The notes beneath the pieces were generated by a model that had not been told where the DNA came from, made no database searches, and was given only the letters and a program-made list of their open reading frames with translations. This document shows positions 52,397 through 64,000 of a stretch of DNA of 64,000 bases, one piece after another. The DNA comes from an uncultured Eubacteriales bacterium (GTDB taxonomy: Bacteria > Bacillota > Clostridia > Oscillospirales > CAG-272), in contig CAKRTQ010000002.1 in NCBI GenBank assembly GCA_934402395.1, positions 79,372-143,371 on the forward strand, given 5' to 3'. Positions within the stretch are counted from its first letter, which is position 1; the number at the start of each line of letters is the position of its first letter. A program made the translations under genes and the position numbers.

Positions 52397-53116
52397 ATGC
52401 TTGATACAATCAGAACGGAATATCTGCTCGGCGCCGAAGCGGTCGGGCGTCTCAGGCGCGCACACGTGGCTCTTTTCGGTCTCGGGGGAGTCGGCGGAGC
52501 GGTACTTGAGGCACTTGTACGCGCCGGCATAGGCGCGCTTACTCTCGTGGACGGCGACGACGTGGCGCCGTCGAATCTCAACAGGCAGATCATAACCACG
52601 ACCGCAAACATCGGCATTCCAAAGACCGAAGCCGCCGCAGCTCGCGTTGCCGAAATATCTCCGGACTGCCTGGTGCGCACGGTCAATGCATTTTATCTTC
52701 CGGGCGATGCGGATGAGTTGGGGATAGACTTCGGGACCTTCGATTACGTTGCCGACTGCATAGACACCGTTTCAGCCAAGCTTGACATAATCATCAGATC
52801 GACCGCGGCGGGAGTTCCGGTGATATCGGCAATGGGGGCGGGCAACAAGCTGCACCCCGAGCTTTTTGAGCTTGCGGATATATATTCTACCTCGGTCTGT
52901 CCGCTGGCGCGCGTTATGCGGCGCGAGCTGAAGGCGCACGGTATAAAAAAGCTGAACGTGGTATATTCGCGTGAGGAAGCTCGTCCGTACGCCGTAAGAC
53001 CCGAGCCTGAAGGCGAACGCGGAAGGATCCCGCCCGGAAGCGTTTCGTTTGTTCCGCCCGCAGCGGGATATATAATGGCAGGAAAAATAATACGCGATAT
53101 CGCGGGTATACAGTAA
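52397..53116 (+). CDS. tcdA: tRNA threonylcarbamoyladenosine dehydratase (ThiF/E1-like, TcdA/CsdL)
   Basis: 239 aa. VALFGLGGVGGAVLEALVRAGIGALTLVDGDDVAPSNLNRQ is an E1-like Rossmann motif. The size and C-terminus fit TcdA. Confidence 0.75.
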   Translation: MLDTIRTEYLLGAEAVGRLRRAHVALFGLGGVGGAVLEALVRAGIGALTLVDGDDVAPSNLNRQIITTTANIGIPKTEAAAARVAEISPDCLVRTVNAFYLPGDADELGIDFGTFDYVADCIDTVSAKLDIIIRSTAAGVPVISAMGAGNKLHPELFELADIYSTSVCPLARVMRRELKAHGIKKLNVVYSREEARPYAVRPEPEGERGRIPPGSVSFVPPAAGYIMAGKIIRDIAGIQ

Positions 53117-53174
53117 AGAACAGCCGCCGCTCATGCCTTTGGCACGGGCGGCGGCTGTCTGTATTTCCGGTATT

Positions 53175-54173
53175 TCAGTCGATATCCTCAACGATCTTGT
53201 CGGGACGCTGTTCAAGCAGATCCGGGTGTTCTATAAGCTTTTTATAGAACTTGAACGCAGAGGCATAGTAATGCCCGTCACATATGCGTTCATCGGTCAC
53301 CACCTTGATATCCATATACTTGCGGCGGTTGAGAACACCCTTGCGGTCGTACTCATAGCATACGCTTTTTGTACCGTATGAAATAAATACGGGAAGGTTG
53401 CCGAAGTCATAGATGTGATGGTAGATGGGCTTGATCCCGAGCGACCCCATACTTGTGATTATCATGGAGCCGTGGAACGGACTGAGCTTCAGGAATGCTT
53501 TGGGCAGGCATCCGATGTAATCGAGAACACGCAGCACCCACATTGTGAACCTGAGAAGCTGACCGGGAATGAGAGAGAGAGCCTTGCTGAGTTTGTCAAA
53601 CTCCGTAGGGTTCTCCATTGAGGCTATCGCCTCCTGAGCTGTTTTGTTGAATTTCTCGTAAACCTCATCAAGAGTATCTGCGGGATTGAATTTTACCTTG
53701 ATAAGTGTTTCCGGAGCATTTAGCGCCAGCTCCTTTTTGACCGTCATAACAAAGACGATCTCATTGCGCGCGAAAATTTTCTGACCGCTTACGAAACGGT
53801 TGATACCCGGGCGTTGCGATATTGTGCGCAAATACGCCGCAAGCAACACATGGAGAGCCGAAAAATGCACTTTTCCTTCTCTGACCTTGCGTCGGCAAAG
53901 ATCATCGACACGGCTTATCTCCAAACGATCGTAAAAGGTGTTGAGCGCATCACTGCGCTTCGGCATTATGTAGGGCATGAGGCGAAGCACCGGCTGTATC
54001 GTGCGTAGCTTGCGGCCTTCCCTGCGGTCGCCGAGACGTTTCTTGCGTTTGCGGTAAACAAGCGGATTCTCCTCAACCGTACCGTCAGCCGCGACCGCAC
54101 CTTCCGGCGCTTCGGGCTTTTTTTCCGGTTCGGCTGTTGCTACCTCGGAAGCAACGTCCTTTTCGTTTTCCAT
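53175..54173 (-). CDS. 2-oxoacid-dehydrogenase-E2/CAT-fold acyltransferase-like protein (non-canonical active-site motif)
   Basis: The start is trimmed to MENEKDV, which has the SD aaaggtggtgacacaATG. It has an acidic/basic N-terminal tail. The C-terminal VVTDERICDGHYYASAF aligns to the DHRxxDG motif of E2/CAT enzymes, with Glu in place of the catalytic His. Confidence 0.5.
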   Translation of the reverse strand: MENEKDVASEVATAEPEKKPEAPEGAVAADGTVEENPLVYRKRKKRLGDRREGRKLRTIQPVLRLMPYIMPKRSDALNTFYDRLEISRVDDLCRRKVREGKVHFSALHVLLAAYLRTISQRPGINRFVSGQKIFARNEIVFVMTVKKELALNAPETLIKVKFNPADTLDEVYEKFNKTAQEAIASMENPTEFDKLSKALSLIPGQLLRFTMWVLRVLDYIGCLPKAFLKLSPFHGSMIITSMGSLGIKPIYHHIYDFGNLPVFISYGTKSVCYEYDRKGVLNRRKYMDIKVVTDERICDGHYYASAFKFYKKLIEHPDLLEQRPDKIVEDID

Positions 54174-54454
54174 TGTGTCACCACCTTTCATTGTCCGTCA
54201 CCCGCATGACGGATAAATTATTATACAACATTTTCACTTCAAAAGCAATAGATATACATTATAAATATCAGACAAAAACGCAAAAAAACTTTCGGGATGC
54301 GTTTTTCAGATACCGAAAACACACCGTATCGCCGGTAAGAGCTGAACACTATTCCGTTTATAATACGTACACATTATAGCTGTTGATTTTTCAGACGGTT
54401 TATTGTATAATATATGATGTATATTTTTAACCGATACAAGGACCTTACTGACAT

Positions 54455-54895
54455 ATGAAGCACGTTGATATTTATACCGACGGAGCATGCTCCGGGAATC
54501 CCGGCCCGGGCGGCTGGGGCGCCGTTCTGGTATACGGTGAACGCGAGCGTGAGCTTTCCGGAGGCGAGGCGCACACTACCAACAACCGTATGGAGCTCAC
54601 GGCAGCAATACGCGCTCTTGAAGCACTGAAGGAGCCGTGCGAGGTAACGCTCACCACAGACTCACGCTATCTCTGCGACGGACTTGGCAAAAAGTGGGCA
54701 GAGGGCTGGAAAAAGCGCGGTTGGAAAAAGAGCGACGGCTCGCCGGCGCTGAACCCCGACCTCTGGGAACGTCTTCTTTCGCTTTGCGGCACACACCGGG
54801 TGACTCTTTCATGGATCCGCGGCCACGCAGGGCACGAATACAACGAACGTTGCGACAAGCTCGCAGTCGCCGAAGCGGAAAAGTTCAAAAAATAG
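54455..54895 (+). CDS. rnhA: Ribonuclease HI
   Basis: 146 aa. The blocks [29 protein letters not shown] and [14 protein letters not shown] carry the DEDD residues. Confidence 0.9.
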   Translation: MKHVDIYTDGACSGNPGPGGWGAVLVYGERERELSGGEAHTTNNRMELTAAIRALEALKEPCEVTLTTDSRYLCDGLGKKWAEGWKKRGWKKSDGSPALNPDLWERLLSLCGTHRVTLSWIRGHAGHEYNERCDKLAVAEAEKFKK

Positions 54896-54968
54896 TACGG
54901 TCCGCGGCACGGCGGGTGTTCCGCCCGCCGCAAGAAACAGAAAGGCATCAAAAAGGAAAACATATCCA

Positions 54969-55613
54969 ATGAAGATCAACTCGAAAAAACTGATGGTCGC
55001 AACGCTGATCGTCACCGCGCTGGTCCTGGTCGCGCTGCTTATATACGGCGGCTTCTCTCTGGGCAAAAGAGGCGACGGAAACGAGCTGTCCGACACATCA
55101 CAGTCCGGCGGCACCGACGCACCATCGCCCGCGACCTCCGAAAAGAACAATTCATCCGATGATTCCGGGACCGATCATACAACGTCACCCGGCACGGTAT
55201 CTCCGACAGCCGTCCCGACCGATCCGAAATATCCTCTTTACAGCGGCAGGATAATCGAAAGCAACTCGGCACTTCTGACACTTGTCGTCGACTGGGAGAT
55301 ACTTTCACGCACATCCGATATCGCTACCGTCCGGCTGACGGTGAAAATACGCTCATATTCACTTTACGTTTCCGAACGCAAAAACTGTCCCCTGACCTTC
55401 CTCGGTCAGACATACAGCTTTACCGCTCCGGCGATATCGTACGGCGGGACCGAGCAATCGGAATTTGTACTGCATGAGCAGACTGTCACCATGCCGCTTG
55501 TCGGCGGATGCGGCAGTGCCCCGATCAATGTATCGTGGAATTTCCGCGGCGAATATGCCGGAGAGACCATCGACACACTGACTCTTGACGGATTCATCGA
55601 AATAAAAGACTGA
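54969..55613 (+). CDS. Hypothetical membrane-anchored extracytoplasmic protein
   Basis: 214 aa. It has one N-terminal TM segment, a Ser/Thr/Pro/Asp linker and a beta-rich C-terminal domain. I recognise no family. Confidence 0.6.
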   Translation: MKINSKKLMVATLIVTALVLVALLIYGGFSLGKRGDGNELSDTSQSGGTDAPSPATSEKNNSSDDSGTDHTTSPGTVSPTAVPTDPKYPLYSGRIIESNSALLTLVVDWEILSRTSDIATVRLTVKIRSYSLYVSERKNCPLTFLGQTYSFTAPAISYGGTEQSEFVLHEQTVTMPLVGGCGSAPINVSWNFRGEYAGETIDTLTLDGFIEIKD

Positions 55614-55643
55614 AAAACACCTCTAATACCGAAAGGATAAAAA

Positions 55644-58068
<2,425 letters not shown>

Positions 58069-58079
<11 letters not shown>

Positions 58080-58674
58080 TCTCAACAACGTATCACTCGG
58101 AATCACAGCCGGCGCGCCGCGCCAGTTTCCGCGCTCGGCAACACCGCAGATAGCACTTGCGGGGCGTTCCAACGTAGGAAAAAGCTCGCTGATCAACACC
58201 CTTCTCGGCAGACGGGCACTGGCGCGTGTCAGCTCCTCTCCCGGCAAGACCATAACAGTAAACTTTTACGACGTTGACGGCAAGCTCTATCTTGTTGACC
58301 TGCCCGGATACGGATATGCCAAGCGTCCGCAGGCAGACAAGGCACGGTGGTCGGAGCTGACGGACGGTTACTTTACAAACAATCCATCGCGCGACCGCAT
58401 CATGCTGGTGATCCAGCTGATAGATATGCGCGTAGGACCCACCGCAGACGACATAATGATGCTCGACTGGCTTTCGGCGTCCGGAGTTCCGTTCGTCGTT
58501 GCAGCGACAAAAGCCGACAAGCTTTCATCCAAAAAAGCCCGTACCGAGGCAATGGAAAAGATCAAATCCTGCCCGCAGATCCCCGAGGGTACACGTATCA
58601 TTCCGTTTTCTGCCGTAAACGGAGAGGGCAAGGATGAGCTCTGGAGCGTAATAACCGGAGCAGCCGGGAAATAA
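58069..58674 (+). CDS. engB: Ribosome-biogenesis GTPase EngB/YsxC
   Basis: 201 aa. GRSNVGKSSLIN, DLPGYG and ATKADK are the G1, G3 and G4 motifs. The lon-ysxC synteny matches Bacillus. Confidence 0.9.
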
Positions 58675-58712
58675 ACTGCGCCGCCCCGGGCGGCAGGAAG
58701 GACATTTATTTT

Positions 58713-59414
58713 ATGTTCAGATACCTCATAACAAACGGAACCGACAATATAAAATTCTATGCAATAGGTCTTTTGCTCTCCCTGCCGATAATTCTTCTTT
58801 CGCTTTCCTCGCACGAAGCTGCTCACGCGTGGATGGCATACAAGCTCGGCGACCCCACCGCACGCAATTTCGGCAGAGTAACACTCAATCCGGTGAAGCA
58901 CCTGAACCTGCCGGGCTTCCTCTGTATGCTGTTTTTCGGTTTCGGATGGGCAACGCCTGTCCCGGTAAATTCACGCAACTTCAAAAAACCGCGCCGCGAC
59001 ATGGCGCTTACTGCCGTGGCGGGTCCGGTGTCAAACCTTTTGCTCGGCTTCATCTTTGTTTTTCTGACCGAACTTTCATATTTTCTTCTGACTTTTCTGC
59101 CCGACGGAATATCCGACACATGGCTTACCGTGATATACACCTGGACGTATTTCCTCCAGCTCGGCTCACGCCTCAATGTGTCGCTGGCAGTCTTCAACCT
59201 TCTTCCGGTGCCTCCGCTTGACGGCTCACGTTTCTTTTATATTTTTCTGCCTTCAAAATGGTATTTCGGTGTTATGAAATATGAAAGATATATCGTGATC
59301 GCGATTTTTGCACTTCTCTGGCTCGGAGTTCTCGACATACCCCTTTCGTGGCTGACAACAAAGATACTCACGGGTATGTATCGGCTCTGGGAGCTCATCC
59401 CCATATTCGCCTGA
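58713..59414 (+). CDS. Site-2 protease-family (M50) membrane metalloprotease
   Basis: 233 aa. HEAAHAW is the HExxH motif, followed by NLLPVPPLDG, in a polytopic protein. Confidence 0.8.
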   Translation: MFRYLITNGTDNIKFYAIGLLLSLPIILLSLSSHEAAHAWMAYKLGDPTARNFGRVTLNPVKHLNLPGFLCMLFFGFGWATPVPVNSRNFKKPRRDMALTAVAGPVSNLLLGFIFVFLTELSYFLLTFLPDGISDTWLTVIYTWTYFLQLGSRLNVSLAVFNLLPVPPLDGSRFFYIFLPSKWYFGVMKYERYIVIAIFALLWLGVLDIPLSWLTTKILTGMYRLWELIPIFA

Positions 59415-59435
59415 CATTCAAACGGAGACTTTACA

Positions 59436-60218
59436 GTGGGAGAAATCACTTACAAGCTTGAAAAATTTGAGGGACCGCTCGACCTTCTGCTGAACCTCAT
59501 ACACAAAAACAAGGTGCAGATAGAAGATATCCCGATATCGCTCATCTGTGACCAGTATATTGAATATATCGCAAAAGCCCAGGAACTTGACATTGAGCTC
59601 GCGGTCGAATTTCTCAGTATGGCAAGCGAGCTCATGCTCATCAAAAGCCGCATGCTTCTGCCGCGCGAAGTACCCGAAGAGGAAGATCCGCGCGCCCGGC
59701 TCGCCGAGGCGATCGCAAGACTTGAAGCGGCGAAAAAAGCGGCGGCACAGCTCGGCGAGCGCTACAAGCTCTACTCCGGACGCATGGCAAAGGACACAGA
59801 TGAAATATCGGTAGATAAAACATACGTTGCCGATCAGGATCCGGACAGACTTTATGAAGCGATGCGGCGCGTTCTGTCATACGCAAGCACCCACAAGGAA
59901 GCGCGCGGAGAGCTTGTAAGACCTATCGCGCGCCCGATAATCCCGGTTGAACTGAAAATAATCGGCATAATGAAGCATTTCGGGAACGAGGACGCAACGT
60001 GCGATCTCGGCACCCTGCTTGACGATGCGGTATCACGCCCGGACCTTGTGGCAATATTCATAGGCGTGCTTGAGCTCATAAAGATGCGTCGGCTCGTAAT
60101 AATCGAAGGCGCAGATGAGCTTGAAACTCTGCACGGCACACACACACGTTTTGCCATCGGCATGGCAGCAGACGATGATGATGACACACAGGCAGAGCTC
60201 AGGGACATGAACAGATAA
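59436..60218 (+). CDS. scpA: Segregation and condensation protein A
   Basis: 260 aa with a GTG start. YKLEKFEGPLDLLLNLIHKNKVQIEDIPI is the ScpA signature. Confidence 0.9.
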   Translation: MGEITYKLEKFEGPLDLLLNLIHKNKVQIEDIPISLICDQYIEYIAKAQELDIELAVEFLSMASELMLIKSRMLLPREVPEEEDPRARLAEAIARLEAAKKAAAQLGERYKLYSGRMAKDTDEISVDKTYVADQDPDRLYEAMRRVLSYASTHKEARGELVRPIARPIIPVELKIIGIMKHFGNEDATCDLGTLLDDAVSRPDLVAIFIGVLELIKMRRLVIIEGADELETLHGTHTRFAIGMAADDDDDTQAELRDMNR

Positions 60219-60230
60219 GAGGACAAGGCA

Positions 60231-60833
60231 TTGGAAAACGAACAACTGACAGATATAAAACAGCTTGAGGGTGCGATCGAAGCGATACTTTTCGCAGCCG
60301 GGCATCCTATGGAATATTCAAAACTCGGAGAGGTGACGGGGCTTACGCCGCGTGACACCAAACAGCTCGTGGCGCATCTTGCGGAGCGTTGGAACTCGGA
60401 CGACACACGCGGTGTGATGCTGCTTACGTTTGAGTCATCCTGCCAGCTCTGCACAAACGAAAAATACCTTCCCTACATCCGCGAAGCGCTCGGCATAAAG
60501 CGCGGCGGCAATCTGTCGGCATCATCGCTTGAAGTGCTCGCCATTGCCGCATACAATCAGCCTGTGACACGTGCATTCATCGACACGGTGCGCGGCGTTG
60601 ATTCCGCATACGCGGTCGGGTCATTGCTCGACAAGGAGCTTCTGGCTCCTGTCGGCAGACTTGACGCTCCCGGAAGACCGATGCTTTACGGAACGACAGA
60701 AAAATTCCTACGCGTATTCGGGCTTTCTTCCCTTTCGGAGCTGCCCGAAGCTTCTTCGGTGCTTGCCGCTGTTGACGCACTGGCAAGCAAAAACGAAGAC
60801 GAGGACGGCGAGACAGACACAGACGCAGAATAA
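60231..60833 (+). CDS. scpB: Segregation and condensation protein B
   Basis: 200 aa with a TTG start. LEGAIEAILFAAGHPM ... LSASSLEVLAIAAYNQPVTRAFID ... GRPMLYGTT is the ScpB signature. Confidence 0.9.
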   Translation: MENEQLTDIKQLEGAIEAILFAAGHPMEYSKLGEVTGLTPRDTKQLVAHLAERWNSDDTRGVMLLTFESSCQLCTNEKYLPYIREALGIKRGGNLSASSLEVLAIAAYNQPVTRAFIDTVRGVDSAYAVGSLLDKELLAPVGRLDAPGRPMLYGTTEKFLRVFGLSSLSELPEASSVLAAVDALASKNEDEDGETDTDAE

Positions 60834-60865
60834 CCGATAGAAAGATAAGGCAAGGAGGCGGTGGC

Positions 60866-61546
60866 TTGACGGCACTGTATATTCTCGGCGGAATATTTCT
60901 TTTGCTGTTCGGAATAGCAATGATACGCGCCGAGGTGATAATAAAATACGCCGACGACTTCGGACTTGCCGTCCGCGTTTGCGGGATAAAGATAACGATC
61001 ATGCCCCGCAAGCAGAAAAAAGTGCATCCGCGCGACTATTCAACCAAAAAGATCGCCCGACGAGAAGCAAAGGCTGCCAAGAAAGCCGAAAAAGCTGCAA
61101 AAAAGAAAAAGGCGAAGAAAGCCAAAAAAGCTGCGGAAAAAGCCGAAAAAGCCGAATTGAAGAAGAAGGGCAAGCTTAAGAAAAAGCCGATCGGCGAAAT
61201 AATCTCTCTGATACTCGCTCTTGTAAAAACTGCCGTGAGCAGATTTGCCAAGCATTTGCGCATACGCATCGCGCGGCTCCACATAAACGTTGCAACCGGA
61301 GATGCGGCAGGCACCGCCATACTGTACGGAACTGTGGCGCAGTCCGCAGCATACATCGCAGCACTGCTCGACAGCACAAAAACTCTTAAAAATCCCGTGC
61401 ATGCGGATGTTGACATCCGCGCCGACTACCTTTCCGAAAAAACTACTGCCGATATTGAAATAGGCTTTTCACTTCGTATCTGGCAGGTGTTTGATATACT
61501 CATACGCACCGGAATTACATTCGTAAAGAAAGAAATAAAGAAATAA
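60866..61546 (+). CDS. DUF2953 / YtfI-like sporulation membrane protein
   Basis: 226 aa with a TTG start after AAGGAGG. It has an N-terminal TM segment and a Lys/Ala-rich low-complexity segment. It lies upstream of the ytfJ-like gene, as in Bacillus. Confidence 0.55.
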   Translation: MTALYILGGIFLLLFGIAMIRAEVIIKYADDFGLAVRVCGIKITIMPRKQKKVHPRDYSTKKIARREAKAAKKAEKAAKKKKAKKAKKAAEKAEKAELKKKGKLKKKPIGEIISLILALVKTAVSRFAKHLRIRIARLHINVATGDAAGTAILYGTVAQSAAYIAALLDSTKTLKNPVHADVDIRADYLSEKTTADIEIGFSLRIWQVFDILIRTGITFVKKEIKK

Positions 61547-61570
61547 ATCAATATACGAAAGGAAACCGCT

Positions 61571-61996
61571 ATGGCTTCATCAGAAAACAAACTTCAGGAA
61601 ATCATTCAGTCCTCGCTTGAAAACATCCGCTCAATGATCGACGCAAACACCGTCATCGGCAACCCAATAAGCACACCCTCCGGAACGGTAATAATCCCCG
61701 TATCGAAAATTTCGATGGGATTTGCATCCGGCGGAATGGACTTTAACGGCAAAAACGAAGAAGCCATGCGTGCAAGACTCCAGAATTTCGGCGGCGGCGG
61801 CGGAACCGGACTCTCCATTTCTCCCGTCGGCTTTCTGGTCGTTGCCGCAGACGGCAGCGTTGATATGATCAATGTCGGCATGGAGGCTCAGAGCGGAACC
61901 ATTGAACAGGTCGCCGGTGTTATTGAACGCTCACCCGACATCATTGCAAAGATCAAGACCCTCTTCACCAAAGACAAGGACAGCGACGAGGACTGA
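61571..61996 (+). CDS. GerW/YtfJ-family sporulation protein
   Basis: 141 aa. NTVIGNPISTPSGTVIIPVSKISMGFASGG ... GGGGGTGLSISPVGFLVV is the YtfJ/GerW pattern. Confidence 0.8.
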   Translation: MASSENKLQEIIQSSLENIRSMIDANTVIGNPISTPSGTVIIPVSKISMGFASGGMDFNGKNEEAMRARLQNFGGGGGTGLSISPVGFLVVAADGSVDMINVGMEAQSGTIEQVAGVIERSPDIIAKIKTLFTKDKDSDED

Positions 61997-62063
61997 TAAT
62001 CAGTCATAAAATCGCCCCCGGAGCAGTATAATTTTTTGTATAAAAATACTCCGGGGTGCAGTT

Positions 62064-63227
62064 ATGCAGATTAAAAAGTTCGCAATTGTAATATTAACGG
62101 TCGTTTTAACGGCAGCAACGCTCATGCCATGTTCTTTGTGTGCGCCCGCAGGTCGCGAAACCGAGCTTTCCCGCGTTGCGGCAAAGGGAGCGGTCCTGCT
62201 TGACGCAAGCGACGGTAGCGCCGGCGTGCTGTGGGAAAAGAACTCTCATGCCCGGTTGCCTATGGCAAGCACAACAAAGATCATGACCGCGCTTGTGGCT
62301 ATCGAAAACCTTCCTCTTTCTACAGTCGTGAATATTCCGGCTGCTGCCGTGGGTATAGAGGGTTCGTCCGTTTACCTGTGTGAGGGAGAACATCAGACGC
62401 TTGAATCGCTGCTCTACGCTCTTATGCTCGAATCCGCCAACGATGCCGCAACAGCCATCGCGATAGAGGTCGCCGGATCGGTCGAAAAGTTTGCCGTAAT
62501 GATGAACGAACGTGCAGCTGTGCTTGGGCTTTGCGACACACATTTTGTAAATCCGCACGGGCTTGACGATCCGGATCATTACACATCGGCATACGATCTC
62601 GCACTGATAGCGCGGGAGGCTTTCCGAAACCCCGACTTCCGCAAGATCGCGGGAACATACCGTTCCTCAATGCCGCTCGGGAGCTCGGACGGCGCGCGTC
62701 TGCTCATCAATCATAACCGGCTTTTGCGGACATATCCCGGTGCGGTCGGCGGCAAAACCGGTTTCACCAAAAAAAGCGGCCGCTGCCTTGTTACCGCCGC
62801 CGAACGCGACGGACTTATGCTTATTTCGGTAACGCTTTCGGACCCGAACGACTGGGACGACCACACGAAAATGCTCGACTTCGGCTTTTCCGGGTATGAA
62901 AACATTCTTCTTGCCGTTGCCGGCGAGCTTGAATATCCGGTTTCGGTAACCGGCGGTGAGCAAAACACCGTAATTGCAACAAATCTTTCCGATGTACGCA
63001 CCACCCTTCCCCGTTCGCACGGAGATATCGGGATGAGTGTCATGCTTTCGAAACTTGCCGCAGCACCGGTCAGACGCGGCGACCGACTCGGTACTGTCAC
63101 ATGGACGTGCGATGGCAGTGAGATCGCTGCCGCCGAATTATCCGCCGAGTACAATGCAGCAAAAGCAACAAATAAAAAATTCAATCTGCTTGAGTGGCTT
63201 TTATCGCTTTTCGGGCTGGAAATCTGA
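62064..63227 (+). CDS. D-alanyl-D-alanine carboxypeptidase (S11, DacB/DacF-like)
   Basis: 387 aa with a signal peptide. SxxK is ASTTKIM, SxN is ESANDAA and KTG is GKTGFT. Confidence 0.9.
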   Translation: MQIKKFAIVILTVVLTAATLMPCSLCAPAGRETELSRVAAKGAVLLDASDGSAGVLWEKNSHARLPMASTTKIMTALVAIENLPLSTVVNIPAAAVGIEGSSVYLCEGEHQTLESLLYALMLESANDAATAIAIEVAGSVEKFAVMMNERAAVLGLCDTHFVNPHGLDDPDHYTSAYDLALIAREAFRNPDFRKIAGTYRSSMPLGSSDGARLLINHNRLLRTYPGAVGGKTGFTKKSGRCLVTAAERDGLMLISVTLSDPNDWDDHTKMLDFGFSGYENILLAVAGELEYPVSVTGGEQNTVIATNLSDVRTTLPRSHGDIGMSVMLSKLAAAPVRRGDRLGTVTWTCDGSEIAAAELSAEYNAAKATNKKFNLLEWLLSLFGLEI

Positions 63228-63244
63228 AAAAAAGAAAAAACTTC

Positions 63245-63967
63245 ATGGAAAAAATCAGAATTCAAAAATACTTTTCGGACTGCGGAGTTCTTTCTCGCCG
63301 CGCAGCCGAGGCTGAACTTAAAGCGGGAAATGTGACCGTCAACGGCAGACCGGCGCATCTCGGCGACAAGGTAGATCCCGCCTCTGACGTTGTGGCATGG
63401 AAGGGTCAGCGTCTCGTATTTACACGCGGCGATAAAAAATACATCGCGCTGTATAAGCCGCGCGGATTTGTATGCACGCTGGCGGATGAAAAAGGCAGGC
63501 GTCAGGTAACCGAGCTTGTTGCCGAAGCCGGCAGCCGTGTTTATCCGGTCGGCAGACTTGATATGGCGTCAGAGGGGCTTCTGCTGCTCACCGACGATGG
63601 TGAATTTGCCAATATGATGACGCATCCGCGCAATCATGTCCCCAAGGTCTATCATGTGCGCGTGCGAGGAGAGATAACAGATAAGGTCCTTGACCTTCTT
63701 TCATCCCCGCTCACGATAGACGGAAAAAAGATTCGTCCCGTTAAGGTCGATGTGCTTGAGTTTTATCCCGACGGCGCAACACTTGAAATGACTCTTTACG
63801 AGGGACGCAACCGCCAGATAAGAAAGATGTGCGACATTGCGCGTATTGATGTTGTGCGCCTCAAACGCACGGCGATCGGTGATCTTACCCTGCATGGGCT
63901 CAAGTGTGGTCAGTGGCGCTACCTTGACCCTCAGGAAGTCATAAATCTCAAACGCGCTGTAAAATGA
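63245..63967 (+). CDS. rluB: Pseudouridine synthase, RsuA/RluB family
   Basis: The start is trimmed to MEKIRIQKY. It has an S4 domain (RIQKYFSDCGVLSRRAAE) and the catalytic block VGRLDMASEGLLLLTDDG. Confidence 0.85.
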   Translation: MEKIRIQKYFSDCGVLSRRAAEAELKAGNVTVNGRPAHLGDKVDPASDVVAWKGQRLVFTRGDKKYIALYKPRGFVCTLADEKGRRQVTELVAEAGSRVYPVGRLDMASEGLLLLTDDGEFANMMTHPRNHVPKVYHVRVRGEITDKVLDLLSSPLTIDGKKIRPVKVDVLEFYPDGATLEMTLYEGRNRQIRKMCDIARIDVVRLKRTAIGDLTLHGLKCGQWRYLDPQEVINLKRAVK

Positions 63968-63976
63968 GGTGCCCGA

Positions 63977-64000
63977 ATGCTTGAAGTAATACCGATACAG
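63977..64000 (+). CDS. Start of an unidentified CDS (MLEVIPIQ..., truncated by the window end)
   Basis: The SD gaggtg lies 5 nt upstream of ATG at 63977. Only 8 codons are visible. Confidence 0.3.

Overview
This window reads as about 64 kb of chromosome from a moderately high-GC, spore-forming Clostridia-type Firmicute. The evidence is gpr-spoIIP, ytfI/ytfJ-like and dacB-like genes, GGAGG-type Shine-Dalgarno (SD) sites, TTGACA-17-TATAAT promoters and lipobox lipoproteins. Coding density is high. I saw no rRNA, tRNA, CRISPR array, transposase or integrase.

Content from left to right:
1. 1-6245, minus strand: a LacI-linked seven-gene sugar-phosphate operon. It encodes an FGGY kinase, a FucI/AraA-like isomerase, a TIM-like protein, an SIS protein, a YjbQ protein and a fructose-6-phosphate aldolase/transaldolase.
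2. 6311-15227, minus strand: a tightly packed six-gene operon. It encodes an orphan solute-binding lipoprotein, two MBL-fold hydrolase paralogues, two Cys-motif glycoside-hydrolase-like paralogues and a sortase-anchored CBM9-like protein. I consider this the best candidate for an uncharacterised system.
3. 15517-22575: a ceramidase-like protein, a GH36 alpha-galactosidase, MATE and EamA transporters, a GNAT and an HD protein.
4. 22785-24939: an ABC_ATPase-class protein behind an unusual leader with small ORFs and tandem terminators.
5. 25148-26744: an AT-rich islet carrying a membrane protein and an XRE-type helical-repeat regulator.
6. 26904-28566: an XRE/S24 autocleavable repressor module with a divergent small membrane protein.
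7. 28572-30701: spoIIP and gpr.
8. 31008-34748: two more orphan SBP lipoproteins.
9. 34939-38476: a heterodimeric ABC exporter.
10. 38680-41932: a GHL10 lipoprotein and a two-gene minimal SufC/SufBD pair.
11. 41995-46670: a feoA-feoA-feoB iron locus with a DtxR-family repressor and three copies of a GTTAGC-N4-GCTAAC palindrome.
12. 46818-54173: a glutaminase-like GH plus GNAT, a NUDIX-MFS-GDPD operon, tcdA and an E2/CAT-fold protein that lacks the catalytic His.
13. 54455-64000: a housekeeping and sporulation block (rnhA, lon, engB, an M50 protease, scpA, scpB, ytfI/ytfJ-like genes, a DD-carboxypeptidase, rluB).

All functional calls rest on motif recognition by eye in the supplied translations. 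No database search was run.
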